NCBI GenBank assembly: GCA_051953655.1
Contig: JBQCIO010000106.1
Span: 8,052-72,051 of the forward strand
Source of the DNA: Motilibacteraceae bacterium
GTDB lineage: Bacteria > Actinomycetota > Actinomycetes > Motilibacterales > Motilibacteraceae
Reading direction: 5' to 3'
Length of the DNA stretch: 64,000 bases
The notes under the pieces were generated by a model. The model was not told where the DNA came from. It saw nothing but the letters and a program-made list of their open reading frames with translations, and ran no database searches. The translations under genes and the position numbers were made by a program. Below are positions 16,238 to 27,406 of the stretch, in pieces. The stretch's first letter is position 1. The number at the start of each line of letters is the position of its first letter.

Positions 16238-17524
16238 CTAGAGACCCCTCACGCCGGCGATGAGACGAAGCATGAGGCTGCGGTTGATGCTCGGGTCCCG
16301 CTCGACCATCGGGGCGCGGTCGGCCGCCATCGCGACGCTGCCGACCACTCCCCCGACCGACGGGGTGCGGGTGGGCAGCGGCGGCAGGGCGGCGCGGGCG
16401 GCCGCGAGCTCGTTCTCGCGCTCGTCGGTGTCGTGCTCCGGGCGGCGCTGGGGCAGGAACGGCTCGGGGCGCGGCGGGATGACGTCGCGCTCGGACGGGG
16501 GCACGAACGGCTGCCCGACCGGCTGCGGAGGAAGGTGCGGCTCGGGGCCCCAGTCGCCGTTCCAGTCGTCGGCGGAGCCATTGGAGTCAGCAGCCTCGTC
16601 GTCCCAGACCTCGACCTGCGGCTCCTCGCCGGGGTCGTCGGGCTGCTCGTCGGGCTGGTCGCCCGGCTCGGTCCCGTTCTCGACGGCGGCGAGGTCGGCC
16701 CGGTCCGCCCGGGCCTCAGCGAAAGGGGGCGCCTCCGGAGCGGGGGCCAGGGGCACTCGCAGGGTGGGCCGTTCCAGGCCGTCGACGACGGCGAGCCGGC
16801 GGGATCGGGCATCGCCGGCGGCGGCGCCGTCGGCGGGCGCGGCCAGACCGCGGCGCTGCAGCTCGCCGAGGGCGGTGAGCACGGTGACCGGGCTGTCTCC
16901 GGCCAGCTCGACGACGTCGGCCACCGTGCGGTGCCCGTCGAGCAGCGCCAGCAGCGCCCACTCCTGCGGCTCGGCGGTCACGGCCTCGGCCACCGGGGCG
17001 AGGCGCAGCACGGCGTCGAGCGGCACCGAGGCGGACAGCGCCTCCCAGGCGGCGGCGCGCTCGCGGGCGGCGGCGACCAGCTGGTCGACCGGCAGGCCGA
17101 GCGAGAGACCCTCCGGCTCGAGCTCGTCGGCGTCGAGGGCGAACTCGCCCTCGTTCCAGTCGAGCAGGTCCACCACGGCGTCGACGGCGTGCTCGCGGGC
17201 CAGCGCCGACACGGCGTCAGAGCCCAGTGCGCCGGCGTCGAGCAGCGAGCGGAGCACTCCTCCCCCAGCACCGACCGCCACCGCTCCGGCGACGGCCGTG
17301 GCCAGGGCGGCGTCGTCGACCGGCAGGGCGGCTACGACGCGGCGTAGGAGGGTGGGGCGGGACAGGTCGGCGCTGGCGTTGGCGACCAGCCCGGCGTCGA
17401 ACCAGACCGCGCCCTCGAGGCCGTCGGCCGCGCGAACGCGCAGTCCACCGGTCTTGCGGGTGGCGGCGAGCAGCTGGAAGACGTCGGGGAGTCCGAACGC
17501 GTCCAGCGAGCCCTCGAGCTTCAC
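16238..17524 (-). CDS. DUF4388 (PATAN)-domain protein with a wHTH-like middle region, acidic Pro-rich linker and conserved-looking C-terminal helix
   Basis: 428 aa. The N-terminus MKLEGSLDAFGLPDVFQLLAATRKTGGLRVR...WNEGEFALD matches my recollection of the DUF4388/PATAN consensus. The middle region LLALLDGHRTVADVVELAGDSPVTVLTALGELQRRGL resembles the wHTH of conservon DUF742 proteins. A DE/P-rich disordered stretch follows, and the protein ends ...SINRSLMLRLIAGVRGL. Confidence 0.75.
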   Translation of the reverse strand: MKLEGSLDAFGLPDVFQLLAATRKTGGLRVRAADGLEGAVWFDAGLVANASADLSRPTLLRRVVAALPVDDAALATAVAGAVAVGAGGGVLRSLLDAGALGSDAVSALAREHAVDAVVDLLDWNEGEFALDADELEPEGLSLGLPVDQLVAAARERAAAWEALSASVPLDAVLRLAPVAEAVTAEPQEWALLALLDGHRTVADVVELAGDSPVTVLTALGELQRRGLAAPADGAAAGDARSRRLAVVDGLERPTLRVPLAPAPEAPPFAEARADRADLAAVENGTEPGDQPDEQPDDPGEEPQVEVWDDEAADSNGSADDWNGDWGPEPHLPPQPVGQPFVPPSERDVIPPRPEPFLPQRRPEHDTDERENELAAARAALPPLPTRTPSVGGVVGSVAMAADRAPMVERDPSINRSLMLRLIAGVRGL

Positions 17525-17566
17525 GGCGGCCTCGTCTGCGTGCAGGTGGGGTGGGACGGGAAGGGA

Positions 17567-18193
17567 CTACCAGGCCGGCGGCGGCGTGGGGTGCCCGTTG
17601 ACCGGCTGTCCGTTCACGGGCTGGCCGTTGAGCACGGGCGCTGCCTGCTGCGGGGCCCACTCGCCGGCCGGCCAGCCGGTGCCCGGAGCGCGGTCGGCGG
17701 TCTTCTCGGCGTAGGCGGGCTCGTAGGGGACGGCCGCGGCGGCGACGCCCTCGAGCACCTCGGCGGCCTCGTCCAGCGAGGTGAACGGGTCGTCGGCGCG
17801 CAGGGCGGCGGCCACCGCGGCGGCGGCGTGGCGGACCTCGTAGAGCATCAGACCGGTCTTGGCGCCCTTGGCGGCCACGGCCACCAGGACGGCCTCGTCG
17901 TCGGCGGAGACCAGGAAGACGGTGCCCTCCTCGGCCTCGACGAAGACCTGCGACAGGTCGCCGCGGCCCAGGCCCTCGGCGGCCCGCTCGCCCAGCGAGA
18001 GCAGCGCGGCGCTCATCGCGGCCACCCGGTCCTCGTCCATGAACGGCGGCAGCGCCGAGGCCATCGGCAGGCCGTCGAAGGTGACGACCGCGGCGGCCTC
18101 GAGCTCGGGGGCCTGCGCGAGCAGGTCACCCAGCACGCGGGCCAGCCGGGAGGCCCGGCCGGGGCCGGCAGGCAGGTCGTACGACTCGGGCAC
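17567..18193 (-). CDS. Roadblock/LC7 (MglB/CvnB-like) protein with a Pro-rich repeat tail
   Basis: Trimmed from 17567-18355 to GTG 18193, which has GAAGAGG 6 nt upstream. The core reads LARVLGDLLAQAPELEAAAVVTFDGLPMASAL...LSQVFVEAEEGTVFLVSADDEAVLVAVAAKGAKTGLMLYEV. The tail reads ...VLNGQPVNGQPVNGHPTPPPAW. Confidence 0.8.
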   Translation of the reverse strand: MPESYDLPAGPGRASRLARVLGDLLAQAPELEAAAVVTFDGLPMASALPPFMDEDRVAAMSAALLSLGERAAEGLGRGDLSQVFVEAEEGTVFLVSADDEAVLVAVAAKGAKTGLMLYEVRHAAAAVAAALRADDPFTSLDEAAEVLEGVAAAAVPYEPAYAEKTADRAPGTGWPAGEWAPQQAAPVLNGQPVNGQPVNGHPTPPPAW

Positions 18194-18322
18194 GGGGCAC
18201 CTCTTCGCTGCGCGGGGCGCACCCGTCGGCGCGCCGTCACCCCTCCCATCGGCCGGGCGGTGGCTCGTCTTGACCCTGCTGAACGGGCTACCTGCGGCGA
18301 GCGTTACAGGGGGCAAGTCCAT

Positions 18323-18418
18323 TTCGGAACGATCACGTCCCCGCGATCGATTCATGCTTACCGCGCCAGATCTGTCGCGGTAAGCAGGTAAGGACCACGC
18401 CCCCGTGATCGTTCCGAA
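18323..18418. repeat. 96-nt nested inverted-repeat element in the aroE / Roadblock intergenic region
   Basis: The outer arms are a perfect 15 bp: TTCGGAACGATCACG (18323-18337) and CGTGATCGTTCCGAA (18404-18418). The inner hairpin has a perfect 9-bp stem, CTTACCGCG (18357-18365) and CGCGGTAAG (18376-18384), with the loop CCAGATCTGT. Confidence 0.7.
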
Positions 18419-18431
18419 CGGGCCCGGGGGG

Positions 18432-19271
18432 TCAGGCGCGGGCGGCGAGGGCGCGCTCGCCGGCGGCGCGCATGACGTCGACCAGGCGACCGGTCCCGTC
18501 GGCGGGCTCCTGGCCGGTCATCAGGGCGACCTGCAGGACCGCCTGGTGGACCAGCAGGTCCAGGCCGCCGACGACGAGGCCGCCGGAGCGCTGCCAGGCC
18601 GCGGCCAGGGCGGTGGGCCAGGGGTGGTAGACGACGTCGAAGAGGGTGCGCGGCGCGATAGGCAGGGCGGCCGCCAGGCCGGCGGCGGCGTCGCCGGGGA
18701 CGGTGCTGACCACCAGGTCGCGGGCGAGCAGGCCGCTGGAAGGGTCGGCCGCCTCGGCCCAGGGGCGGACGTCCGGCCGCACCCCCAGCCGGGCCGCGGC
18801 GTCGAGCAGCTCGCCCACCGCCTCCGGCCGGCGCACGACGACGGCCGCCTCGCGGACCCCGAGGTCGGACAGCGCGGCCAGCGCGGAGGTGGCGGTCGCT
18901 CCCCCGCCGACAACGGTGGCCGACGCCGCACCGAAGACCCCGCGCTCGCGCAGCGCCGCCACCATGCCAGGGACGTCGGTGTTCGCCCCCAGCCGGCGAC
19001 CTCGGCCGAGCACGACCGTGTTCACCGCGTGCACCTGCCGGGCCAGCGGGCTGACCCAGTCCAGCAGCGGGATGACCGCGCGCTTGAGCGGCATGGTGAG
19101 CGACAGCCCGGCCCACGAGGCGTCCAGCCCGGCGAGGAACCCCGGGAGATCGGTCTCCGTCACGTCGTAGGAGTCGTAGCTCCAGTCCAGCCCGAGCTCG
19201 GCGTAGGCGGCGCGGTGCAGCACCGGGGACAGGCTGTGGGCGATCGGCGACCCGAGGACGGCGGCTCTCAC
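18432..19271 (-). CDS. aroE: shikimate dehydrogenase
   Basis: Trimmed from 18432-20594 to GTG 19271, which forms a GTGA overlap with the mltG stop. It reads [28 protein letters not shown]...SLTMPLKRAV...HAVNTVV...GANTDVPG...VVGGGATATSA. Confidence 0.9.
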   Translation of the reverse strand: MRAAVLGSPIAHSLSPVLHRAAYAELGLDWSYDSYDVTETDLPGFLAGLDASWAGLSLTMPLKRAVIPLLDWVSPLARQVHAVNTVVLGRGRRLGANTDVPGMVAALRERGVFGAASATVVGGGATATSALAALSDLGVREAAVVVRRPEAVGELLDAAARLGVRPDVRPWAEAADPSSGLLARDLVVSTVPGDAAAGLAAALPIAPRTLFDVVYHPWPTALAAAWQRSGGLVVGGLDLLVHQAVLQVALMTGQEPADGTGRLVDVMRAAGERALAARA

Positions 19272-20395
19272 TGACCCGGGTGGTCCCGCAGCCACTTCTG
19301 GAACTCGGCCACGTTCTTCTGGTGCTCGGCGTCGGTGACCGCGAACTTGGTCTCGCCGGTGTCCGGGTTGACCGTGACGAAGTAGAGCCACGGGCCGTCG
19401 GCCGGGTTGAGCGCGGCCTTGATCGCGTTCTCGCCGGGCGAGTCGATCGGGCCCGGCGGCAGCCCGTCGTGCACGTAGGTGTTGTACGGCGACTTGGAGG
19501 CGCGGTCCTGGTCCGAAGTGGTGATGCCCGGCTTGCCGGTGGCGTAGGACACCGTGGAGTCCAGCTGCAGCCGCATGCCCTTGTTCAGCCGGTTGTAGAG
19601 CACCCGCGCCACCTTGGCCTGGTCGGCCGGCGGGGCCTCCTTCTCGGCGATGCTGGCCACGGTGAGGATCTGCAGCGGGGTGTACCGCTTGCCGTCGATG
19701 GTCGCGCCGTCGCCCAGCCCGGTGTCCTGCGCCGCCTGGTCGAAGCGCTTCACCGCCGCGGCCAGCACGTCCTGCGCCTTCACCCCCGGCTTGAAGGTGT
19801 AGGTGGCCGGGAAGACGAAGCCCTCGAGGTTGCCCTTGGGCGTCCAGTCCGGCGCCCCCAGCGCGGCCGGGTCCTTGGCCGCGGCCTGCAGGTCGGTCAG
19901 CCGGATGTCGGTGGCCTTCGCGATGGCCTGCAACGACTCCTTGAGCCGCAGCCCCTCGCGCAGCAGCACCCGCTCCTGCACCCGGCTCGTCGGGTCGAGC
20001 AGCAACGACACGGCGTCGGAGGCCTTCATCTTCTGCTTGAGCGCGTAGACGCCAGGCTGCACCGAGGCGGCCTTGGGGTTGACCTTCGCCGCGTCCACGA
20101 ACGCACCCACGCTGGCGACGACGTCGGCCTTGGCCAGCGTCTGCCCGATGGCCGTGAGGGTGGACCCGCTGGCCACCTCGACCTGCACCTGGCCGGTGCC
20201 GGGCCCGGGGTAGTCCTCCGGCCCGCCGTGCGGGATCAGCCCGCGCAGGGCGTAGGCCCCGGCGCCGACCACGCCGAGCACGAGCAGCAGCACGACGAGC
20301 ATCGCGATGCCCACCGCGCGCCGCCCGCGGCGGCGGTGGCGCCGCTGGCGCTCCTGCTCCTCGCTCTCGGACAGCCCGAGGCCCAGCGAGCTCAT
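19268..20395 (-). CDS. mltG: endolytic murein transglycosylase MltG (YceG family)
   Basis: Trimmed from 19268-21619 to the ATG at 20395. It has an N-terminal TM ([21 protein letters not shown]) and the YceG core LREGLRLKE...[11 protein letters not shown]...[12 protein letters not shown]...VLYNRL...LQLDSTVSY...[20 protein letters not shown]. Confidence 0.9.
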   Translation of the reverse strand: MSSLGLGLSESEEQERQRRHRRRGRRAVGIAMLVVLLLVLGVVGAGAYALRGLIPHGGPEDYPGPGTGQVQVEVASGSTLTAIGQTLAKADVVASVGAFVDAAKVNPKAASVQPGVYALKQKMKASDAVSLLLDPTSRVQERVLLREGLRLKESLQAIAKATDIRLTDLQAAAKDPAALGAPDWTPKGNLEGFVFPATYTFKPGVKAQDVLAAAVKRFDQAAQDTGLGDGATIDGKRYTPLQILTVASIAEKEAPPADQAKVARVLYNRLNKGMRLQLDSTVSYATGKPGITTSDQDRASKSPYNTYVHDGLPPGPIDSPGENAIKAALNPADGPWLYFVTVNPDTGETKFAVTDAEHQKNVAEFQKWLRDHPGQ

Positions 20396-20955
20396 CGCGT
20401 CCCTCCGTCCGTGCTGCCGGTCGTGTCGCTGTCCCCGTGGCTGCTGTGCTGGTTCCCGCTGCCGGCACTGCCCACCCCAGCATCGACCACGGTGCCGGGC
20501 GGCCGCCCGCTGCCGCGCTCGGCGTCGCGCGCGGACTGCAGGATGACGACGGCCGCGGCCTGGTCGACCACGTCGCGCCGGGTGCGGGCTGCACGCTTCC
20601 CGGTGAGGCCCGAGTCGCGCAAGCCCCGCTGGGCGGTGACCGTGCTCAGCCGCTCGTCCACCAGCCGCACCGGCACCGGCGCGAGCCGGCGGGCCAGCGC
20701 GGCGGCGAAGGTGCGGGCGTCGCCGGCCGAGGCGCCCTCGGCGCCGGACAGGTGCCGGGGCAGCCCGACGACCACCTCGAGCACCTCGTGCTCGGCGGCC
20801 AGCGCCACCACCCGGTCGAGGTCGCCGCGTCCGCGCCGGACGGTCTCCAGCGGGGTGGCCAGCAGGGCCGAGGGGTCGCAGGCCGCGACGCCGATGCGCA
20901 CCGTGCCGACGTCGACGCCGAGCCTGACCCCCCGCCGCACCTCGCCGGGCGTCAC
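20392..20955 (-). CDS. ruvX: Holliday junction resolvase-like nuclease RuvX (YqgF)
   Basis: 187 aa with [18 protein letters not shown]...[11 protein letters not shown]...VDERLSTV. It has an ATGA-type overlap with mltG. Confidence 0.88.
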   Translation of the reverse strand: MTPGEVRRGVRLGVDVGTVRIGVAACDPSALLATPLETVRRGRGDLDRVVALAAEHEVLEVVVGLPRHLSGAEGASAGDARTFAAALARRLAPVPVRLVDERLSTVTAQRGLRDSGLTGKRAARTRRDVVDQAAAVVILQSARDAERGSGRPPGTVVDAGVGSAGSGNQHSSHGDSDTTGSTDGGTR

Positions 20956-20958
20956 CGC

Positions 20959-23679
<2,721 letters not shown>

Positions 23680-23681
23680 GC

Positions 23682-24050
23682 TCAGTGCTCTCCGATGGGT
23701 CGGGGCTCCTGCGCGGACGGGGGCGTCGGCAGGTGCGGACGGTTGAGCGGGGTGCCGTCGACGTCGACCGTCGCGGTGACCGGGGGCAGCGCCGGCGAGA
23801 GGCTGCCCGGCATGACCCGGGGCCGGCCGGTCTCGATGCCCAGGGCGTCGACGAGCAGGGCCTCCCGCTCGGCGGAGCCGGCGCGGACGTCGTCGGCGAA
23901 GTCGCGCACCGCGTCGCCGAGGATGGCCAGGGACTCGGCCAGGCTGGTGGCGATGCCCTGCGGGGTGAACGACTCGGCGGTCTGGGCGACCTTGCGGGCC
24001 AGGTAGATGCCGGCGGCCGCGCCCATGCCGAGCCAGAACAGCCGCTTCAC
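23682..24050 (-). CDS. small membrane protein conserved upstream of alaS (DUF6167-like)
   Basis: Trimmed to GTG 24050. It begins [21 protein letters not shown]... and is 122 aa. It has a 4-nt overlap with the upstream gene. The family name is from memory and is tentative. Confidence 0.6.
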   Translation of the reverse strand: MKRLFWLGMGAAAGIYLARKVAQTAESFTPQGIATSLAESLAILGDAVRDFADDVRAGSAEREALLVDALGIETGRPRVMPGSLSPALPPVTATVDVDGTPLNRPHLPTPPSAQEPRPIGEH

Positions 24051-24532
24051 GAGCCGGCCCCGTTCTGCGCGGCGGCGTGGGCCCGGGCGGCCTCGGCGGC
24101 GCTGCGGGCGGCCGCCCGCTCGGCGGCGCGGCGGGCCCGCCGCTCGGCGCGGATGCGCGCGCCGGCGGTGCTCTCGACCTTGGCGGTGCGCCGCTGGGCG
24201 ATCGCCCGCTGCACCCCGTAGGAGAAGGCGGAGACCTTGATCGCCGGACCACCCAGCCCGCTGGTGACCAGGCCGGTGAGCCCGGAGACGTTGGAGCTCA
24301 TGTCGTGCACGTCGGAGGCGATGCCCTCGGTCTGGGCCAGCGAGGCGTTGACGCTGCGCATGGCCGCGGTGGCCTCCTGCAGCGTGGGCAGCGTCTTCTC
24401 GGTGAGCTCCTCGAGCGAGCGCTGGGCCTGGGCGATGGTGCGCGTGAGGCGCAGCAGCGGCAGCGCCAGCAGCCCCACGAGCACGACGAAGGCGAGGGCC
24501 GCGATGAGCCCCGCCACCTCTCCTGCCGACAT
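24047..24532 (-). CDS. DUF948-like membrane-anchored coiled-coil protein
   Basis: Trimmed from 24047-25072 to the ATG at 24532. It reads [54 protein letters not shown] and has an Arg/Ala-rich tail. Confidence 0.65.
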   Translation of the reverse strand: MSAGEVAGLIAALAFVVLVGLLALPLLRLTRTIAQAQRSLEELTEKTLPTLQEATAAMRSVNASLAQTEGIASDVHDMSSNVSGLTGLVTSGLGGPAIKVSAFSYGVQRAIAQRRTAKVESTAGARIRAERRARRAAERAAARSAAEAARAHAAAQNGAGS

Positions 24533-24593
24533 GGGGCTTGACCCTACCGCCCGGGGCGTGGGCGGGCTGAGGGGGAAAGGGGCGGGGGCGCCT

Positions 24594-24650
24594 CGAGTGG
24601 AAGGTTGTTGCGGGACACGCTGGCGTGTCGTGACATCGCCGTTCCACTCG
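24594..24650. repeat. 57-bp palindromic repeat, copy A (degenerate)
   Basis: CGAGTGGAAGGTTGTTGCGGGACACGCTGGCGTGTCGTGACATCGCCGTTCCACTCG. The outer (GAGTGGAA/TTCCACTC) and inner (GACACGC/GCGTGTC) arms are intact and the middle arms have decayed. It ends 5 nt from the DUF559 gene stop. Confidence 0.8.
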
Positions 24651-24654
24651 TGGG

Positions 24655-25617
24655 TCACGCGGCCGAGGGGTCCCGCCAGCTCCAGCGGCCGCGCGGGCGG
24701 CTCGCAGCCTCGGCCCAGGCCGCCTTGAGCCGGGTCACCGTCCGCAGCCGATGGGCCAGGTCGAGCCCCGTGGCGCGGACGACGACCAGACCGGCGCGTT
24801 CCAGCCCTTCCTCGCGGCCGTTGTCCGCAGTGTGGCGCTCGGCCGTCCGGTGGTCTGAGCCGTCGTACTCGCCGACGAGCCCCACCTCGGGATCGAGCAG
24901 GTCGGCCAGCGCGAGCAGGTGGCCTCGCCCGTTGCGCACCTCGACATTGACCTGCGGCGCGGGGAGCTTGGCGTCGCATCGCCACAGCACCCGGAGCCGG
25001 CTCTCCCCGCGCGACCGAGTGCGCACATCGACGAGCGCGACCGCTCGCAGGACCAGAGGGACGCCTCGCCACCGTGGCCGCTGGCGTGCGTACTCCGCCA
25101 CTTCGCCGGGACTGACCCCCACATCGCGGCAGACCGCATCGAGGTCAGCGACTGCGTCGGCCAGCGACGGAGCCAGCCGGGCGACGTCGAAAGCCGTCCG
25201 AACCGGGCTGGTGATCAGCACGCCGTCGACGGTGACCACGTCGTCCGGCAGCAGGCGGCTGCGGAAGGGGCACAGCCCGGCACGACGGACGATCCGAGCG
25301 GCGGGCTCGAGGCAGACCAGGACCGGGTCACCCGGCCCACCACCACGCCGGCCGTCCAGCTCTCGCGTGCCGAGCAGCCAGGCCGCCGCCCACCCGCCGA
25401 TCGCCGTCCCGGGTACAAGCGCCGCAGCGGCCTCGAGCAGGCGCAGGTGCGGGTGGGTTGGGTCCTGACCTTCGGGGCTGTGCACCCCCCGGAACGGGGA
25501 GCGCCAGAGCGGGCCCTCGAGGTCGGTGCGGGTGAAACCCTCGGCAGTCGCTTGCTGCCGGCTCCGCGGCCGCGCGGCTGGGAGGAGCGGGAGCTGCTGT
25601 GGGGACGGAGTCCGCAT
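24655..25617 (-). CDS. DUF559 / Vsr-fold endonuclease-domain protein
   Basis: Trimmed from 24655-25941 to the ATG at 25617, because the upstream part of the track ORF runs through two palindromic repeats. The C-terminal region SRGESRLRVLWRCDAKLPAPQVNVEVRNGRGHLLALADLLDPEVGLVGEYDGSDHR...DNGREEGLERAGLVVVRATGLDL matches the DUF559 pattern as I recall it. Confidence 0.7.
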   Translation of the reverse strand: MRTPSPQQLPLLPAARPRSRQQATAEGFTRTDLEGPLWRSPFRGVHSPEGQDPTHPHLRLLEAAAALVPGTAIGGWAAAWLLGTRELDGRRGGGPGDPVLVCLEPAARIVRRAGLCPFRSRLLPDDVVTVDGVLITSPVRTAFDVARLAPSLADAVADLDAVCRDVGVSPGEVAEYARQRPRWRGVPLVLRAVALVDVRTRSRGESRLRVLWRCDAKLPAPQVNVEVRNGRGHLLALADLLDPEVGLVGEYDGSDHRTAERHTADNGREEGLERAGLVVVRATGLDLAHRLRTVTRLKAAWAEAASRPRGRWSWRDPSAA

Positions 25618-25732
25618 GAGGCCGACACTGAGCCGCCGCTGACGGACATGCTGATCTTGAAAAGCAGGCTGTTGACGGTGACGACGTGGCCCGGCCGGGT
25701 GTGGACGGTGACCGTCAGTACGGACTTCGACC

Positions 25733-25789
25733 CGAGTGGAGACCTGTTGCACGCCACGCCGCGCGTGTCGCGCGACGACCTTCCACTCG
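25733..25789. repeat. 57-bp palindromic repeat, copy B
   Basis: CGAGTGGAGACCTGTTGCACGCCACGCCGCGCGTGTCGCGCGACGACCTTCCACTCG. It has the same length and orientation as copies A and C, and starts 116 nt upstream of the DUF559 start. Confidence 0.8.
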
Positions 25790-25895
25790 AGGCGGGGCGG
25801 AGGTGAAGGGGGCAGCAGGAGCCTGGTGGCGCCCACCTCCCCCGTCACCAGCGCCTTTGACCTTCCCCAGCTCCTCGCCACCTGCCGAGGGCCCG

Positions 25896-25952
25896 CGAGT
25901 GGAGACTTGTTGTTCGACACGCCGAGCGTGTCGGACAACAAGCCTCCACTCG
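25896..25952. repeat. 57-bp palindromic repeat, copy C (best-preserved hairpin)
   Basis: CGAGTGGAGACTTGTTGTTCGACACGCCGAGCGTGTCGGACAACAAGCCTCCACTCG. It has three nested arm pairs: GAGTGGAG/CTCCACTC, TTGTTGT/ACAACAA and GACACGC/GCGTGTC. It ends 12 nt before the rarA stop. Confidence 0.85.
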
Positions 25953-25963
25953 AACCGCCCCCC

Positions 25964-27406
25964 TCAGCTCCCCCGCACCACCGCCCGCAACCGGGCCACG
26001 CGCTCGGCGAGCACGCGCTCGGCGCCGTGGTCGGTGGGGGCGTAGTAGTCGGTGCCGTGGACGGCGTCGGGGGCGTACTGCTGGGCGACGACGCCGTGGG
26101 GGGCGTCGTGGGCGTAGCGGTAGCCCTTGCCGTGCTCGAGCTTCTGCGCCCCGGAGTAGTGCGCGTCGCGCAGGTGCGGGGGCACCGGTCCGGCCAGGCC
26201 GCGGCGGACGTCGGCCAGGGCGGCGTCGATGGCGAGGTAGGCGGCGTTGGACTTGGGCGCGAGGGCCAGGTGGATGGTGGCCTGGGCCAGGGTGATCCGG
26301 GCCTCCGGGAAGCCGATCATCTGCACCGCCTGGGCGGCGGCCACCGCCACCGGCAGCGCGGTCGGGTCGGCCAGGCCGATGTCCTCGCTGGCCGAGATCA
26401 TGAGCCGGCGGGCGATGAACCGCGGGTCCTCCCCCGCCTCCACCATCCGGGCCAGGTAGTGCAGCGCGGCGTCGACGTCGGAGCCGCGGACGGACTTGAT
26501 GAAGGCGCTGGCGACGTCGTAGTGCTGGTCGCCGGTCTTGTCATAGCGCACCGCGGCCCGGTCGACCGCGAGCTCCAGCGTCTCGACGTCGAGGACCGGC
26601 AGGCCCGCCTCGATCGCCGCCCCGGCGCCGGCCTCCAGCGCGGTGAGCGCGCGCCGCGCGTCGCCCCCGGCGATCCGCAGCAGGTGGTCCTCCGCCTCCG
26701 GCGCGAGCTCCACCGCCCCGCCGAGCCCGCGCTCGTCGGCGACCGCGCGGCGCACCAGCACGCGCAGGTCGTCGTCGGTGAGCGGCTCGAGGGTGAGCAG
26801 GAGGGAGCGGGACAGCAGCGGCGAGATGACGCTGAAGTACGGGTTCTCGGTGGTGGCCGCCACCAGCGTGACCCACCGGTTCTCCACGCCCGGCAGCAGC
26901 GCGTCCTGCTGGCTCTTGGAGAAGCGGTGCACCTCGTCGACGAACAGCACCGTCTCCGGACCGCCTGCGCCGATGGTGCGCCGCGCGTCCTCGATGACCG
27001 AGCGCACGTCCTTCACCCCGGCCGTCACCGCCGACAGCTCGACGAAGCGGCGACCGGTGGAGGTGCTGACCAGGTAGGCGAGGGTCGTCTTGCCGGTGCC
27101 CGGCGGCCCCCACAGCACCACGCTCGCCGGGGCGGCCGGCCCGGCGTCGGCGGGGGCGACCAGCCGGCGCAGCGGGGAGCCGGGGCGCAACAGGTGCTGC
27201 TGCCCGACCACCTCGTCCACCGCGCGCGGGCGCATCCGCACCGGCAGCGGCGGACGGCCCGCGCCGGCCCCTCCCGACGTCGACGCCGTCGCCTCGGTGA
27301 ACAGGTCCTCGCCCACGGGCTGGACCCTACGTCGCCGCGCCCCGCGCACCGGCACCCCGCGGGGCGGACCGGACGAACCGCCCCTAGGGTCGGAGCCGTG
27401 AGCCAC
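25964..27406 (-). CDS. rarA: replication-associated recombination protein A (MgsA/RarA AAA+ ATPase)
   Basis: It contains [16 protein letters not shown], Walker [14 protein letters not shown], Walker [12 protein letters not shown], and the C-terminal MgsA domain [26 protein letters not shown]...YRYAHD. The start is uncertain: GTG 27406 would overlap the divergent gene, and GTG 27325 (VQPVGEDLF) is an alternative. Confidence 0.9.
   Translation of the reverse strand: MAHGSDPRGGSSGPPRGVPVRGARRRRVQPVGEDLFTEATASTSGGAGAGRPPLPVRMRPRAVDEVVGQQHLLRPGSPLRRLVAPADAGPAAPASVVLWGPPGTGKTTLAYLVSTSTGRRFVELSAVTAGVKDVRSVIEDARRTIGAGGPETVLFVDEVHRFSKSQQDALLPGVENRWVTLVAATTENPYFSVISPLLSRSLLLTLEPLTDDDLRVLVRRAVADERGLGGAVELAPEAEDHLLRIAGGDARRALTALEAGAGAAIEAGLPVLDVETLELAVDRAAVRYDKTGDQHYDVASAFIKSVRGSDVDAALHYLARMVEAGEDPRFIARRLMISASEDIGLADPTALPVAVAAAQAVQMIGFPEARITLAQATIHLALAPKSNAAYLAIDAALADVRRGLAGPVPPHLRDAHYSGAQKLEHGKGYRYAHDAPHGVVAQQYAPDAVHGTDYYAPTDHGAERVLAERVARLRAVVRGS

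Noticed and set aside
15317-17347. 676-aa plus-strand ORF across the GTPase/PATAN region
   Set aside because: It is antisense to two genes with clear domain signatures and has no motifs of its own.
17567-18355. 262-aa version of the Roadblock ORF starting at 18355
   Set aside because: The first 54 codons run through the nested inverted repeat at 18323-18418 and have no RBS. GTG 18193 has a GAAGAGG Shine-Dalgarno sequence and gives a normal Roadblock N-terminus.
24594-25952. The 57-bp repeats as a CRISPR array or as integron attC sites
   Set aside because: There are only three copies with irregular spacing (1139 and 163 bp between starts). One interval contains a whole gene, and no cas or intI genes are present. 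The arms do not fit the attC R''/R' cores (RYYYAAC/GTTRRRY). I kept them as an unclassified palindromic repeat family.
27325-27406. Apparent 9-nt head-to-head overlap of the rarA and acyl-CoA dehydrogenase start codons
   Set aside because: This is almost certainly a start-codon assignment artefact, since both are GTG and alternative in-frame starts exist further in. It is not evidence for anything unusual.
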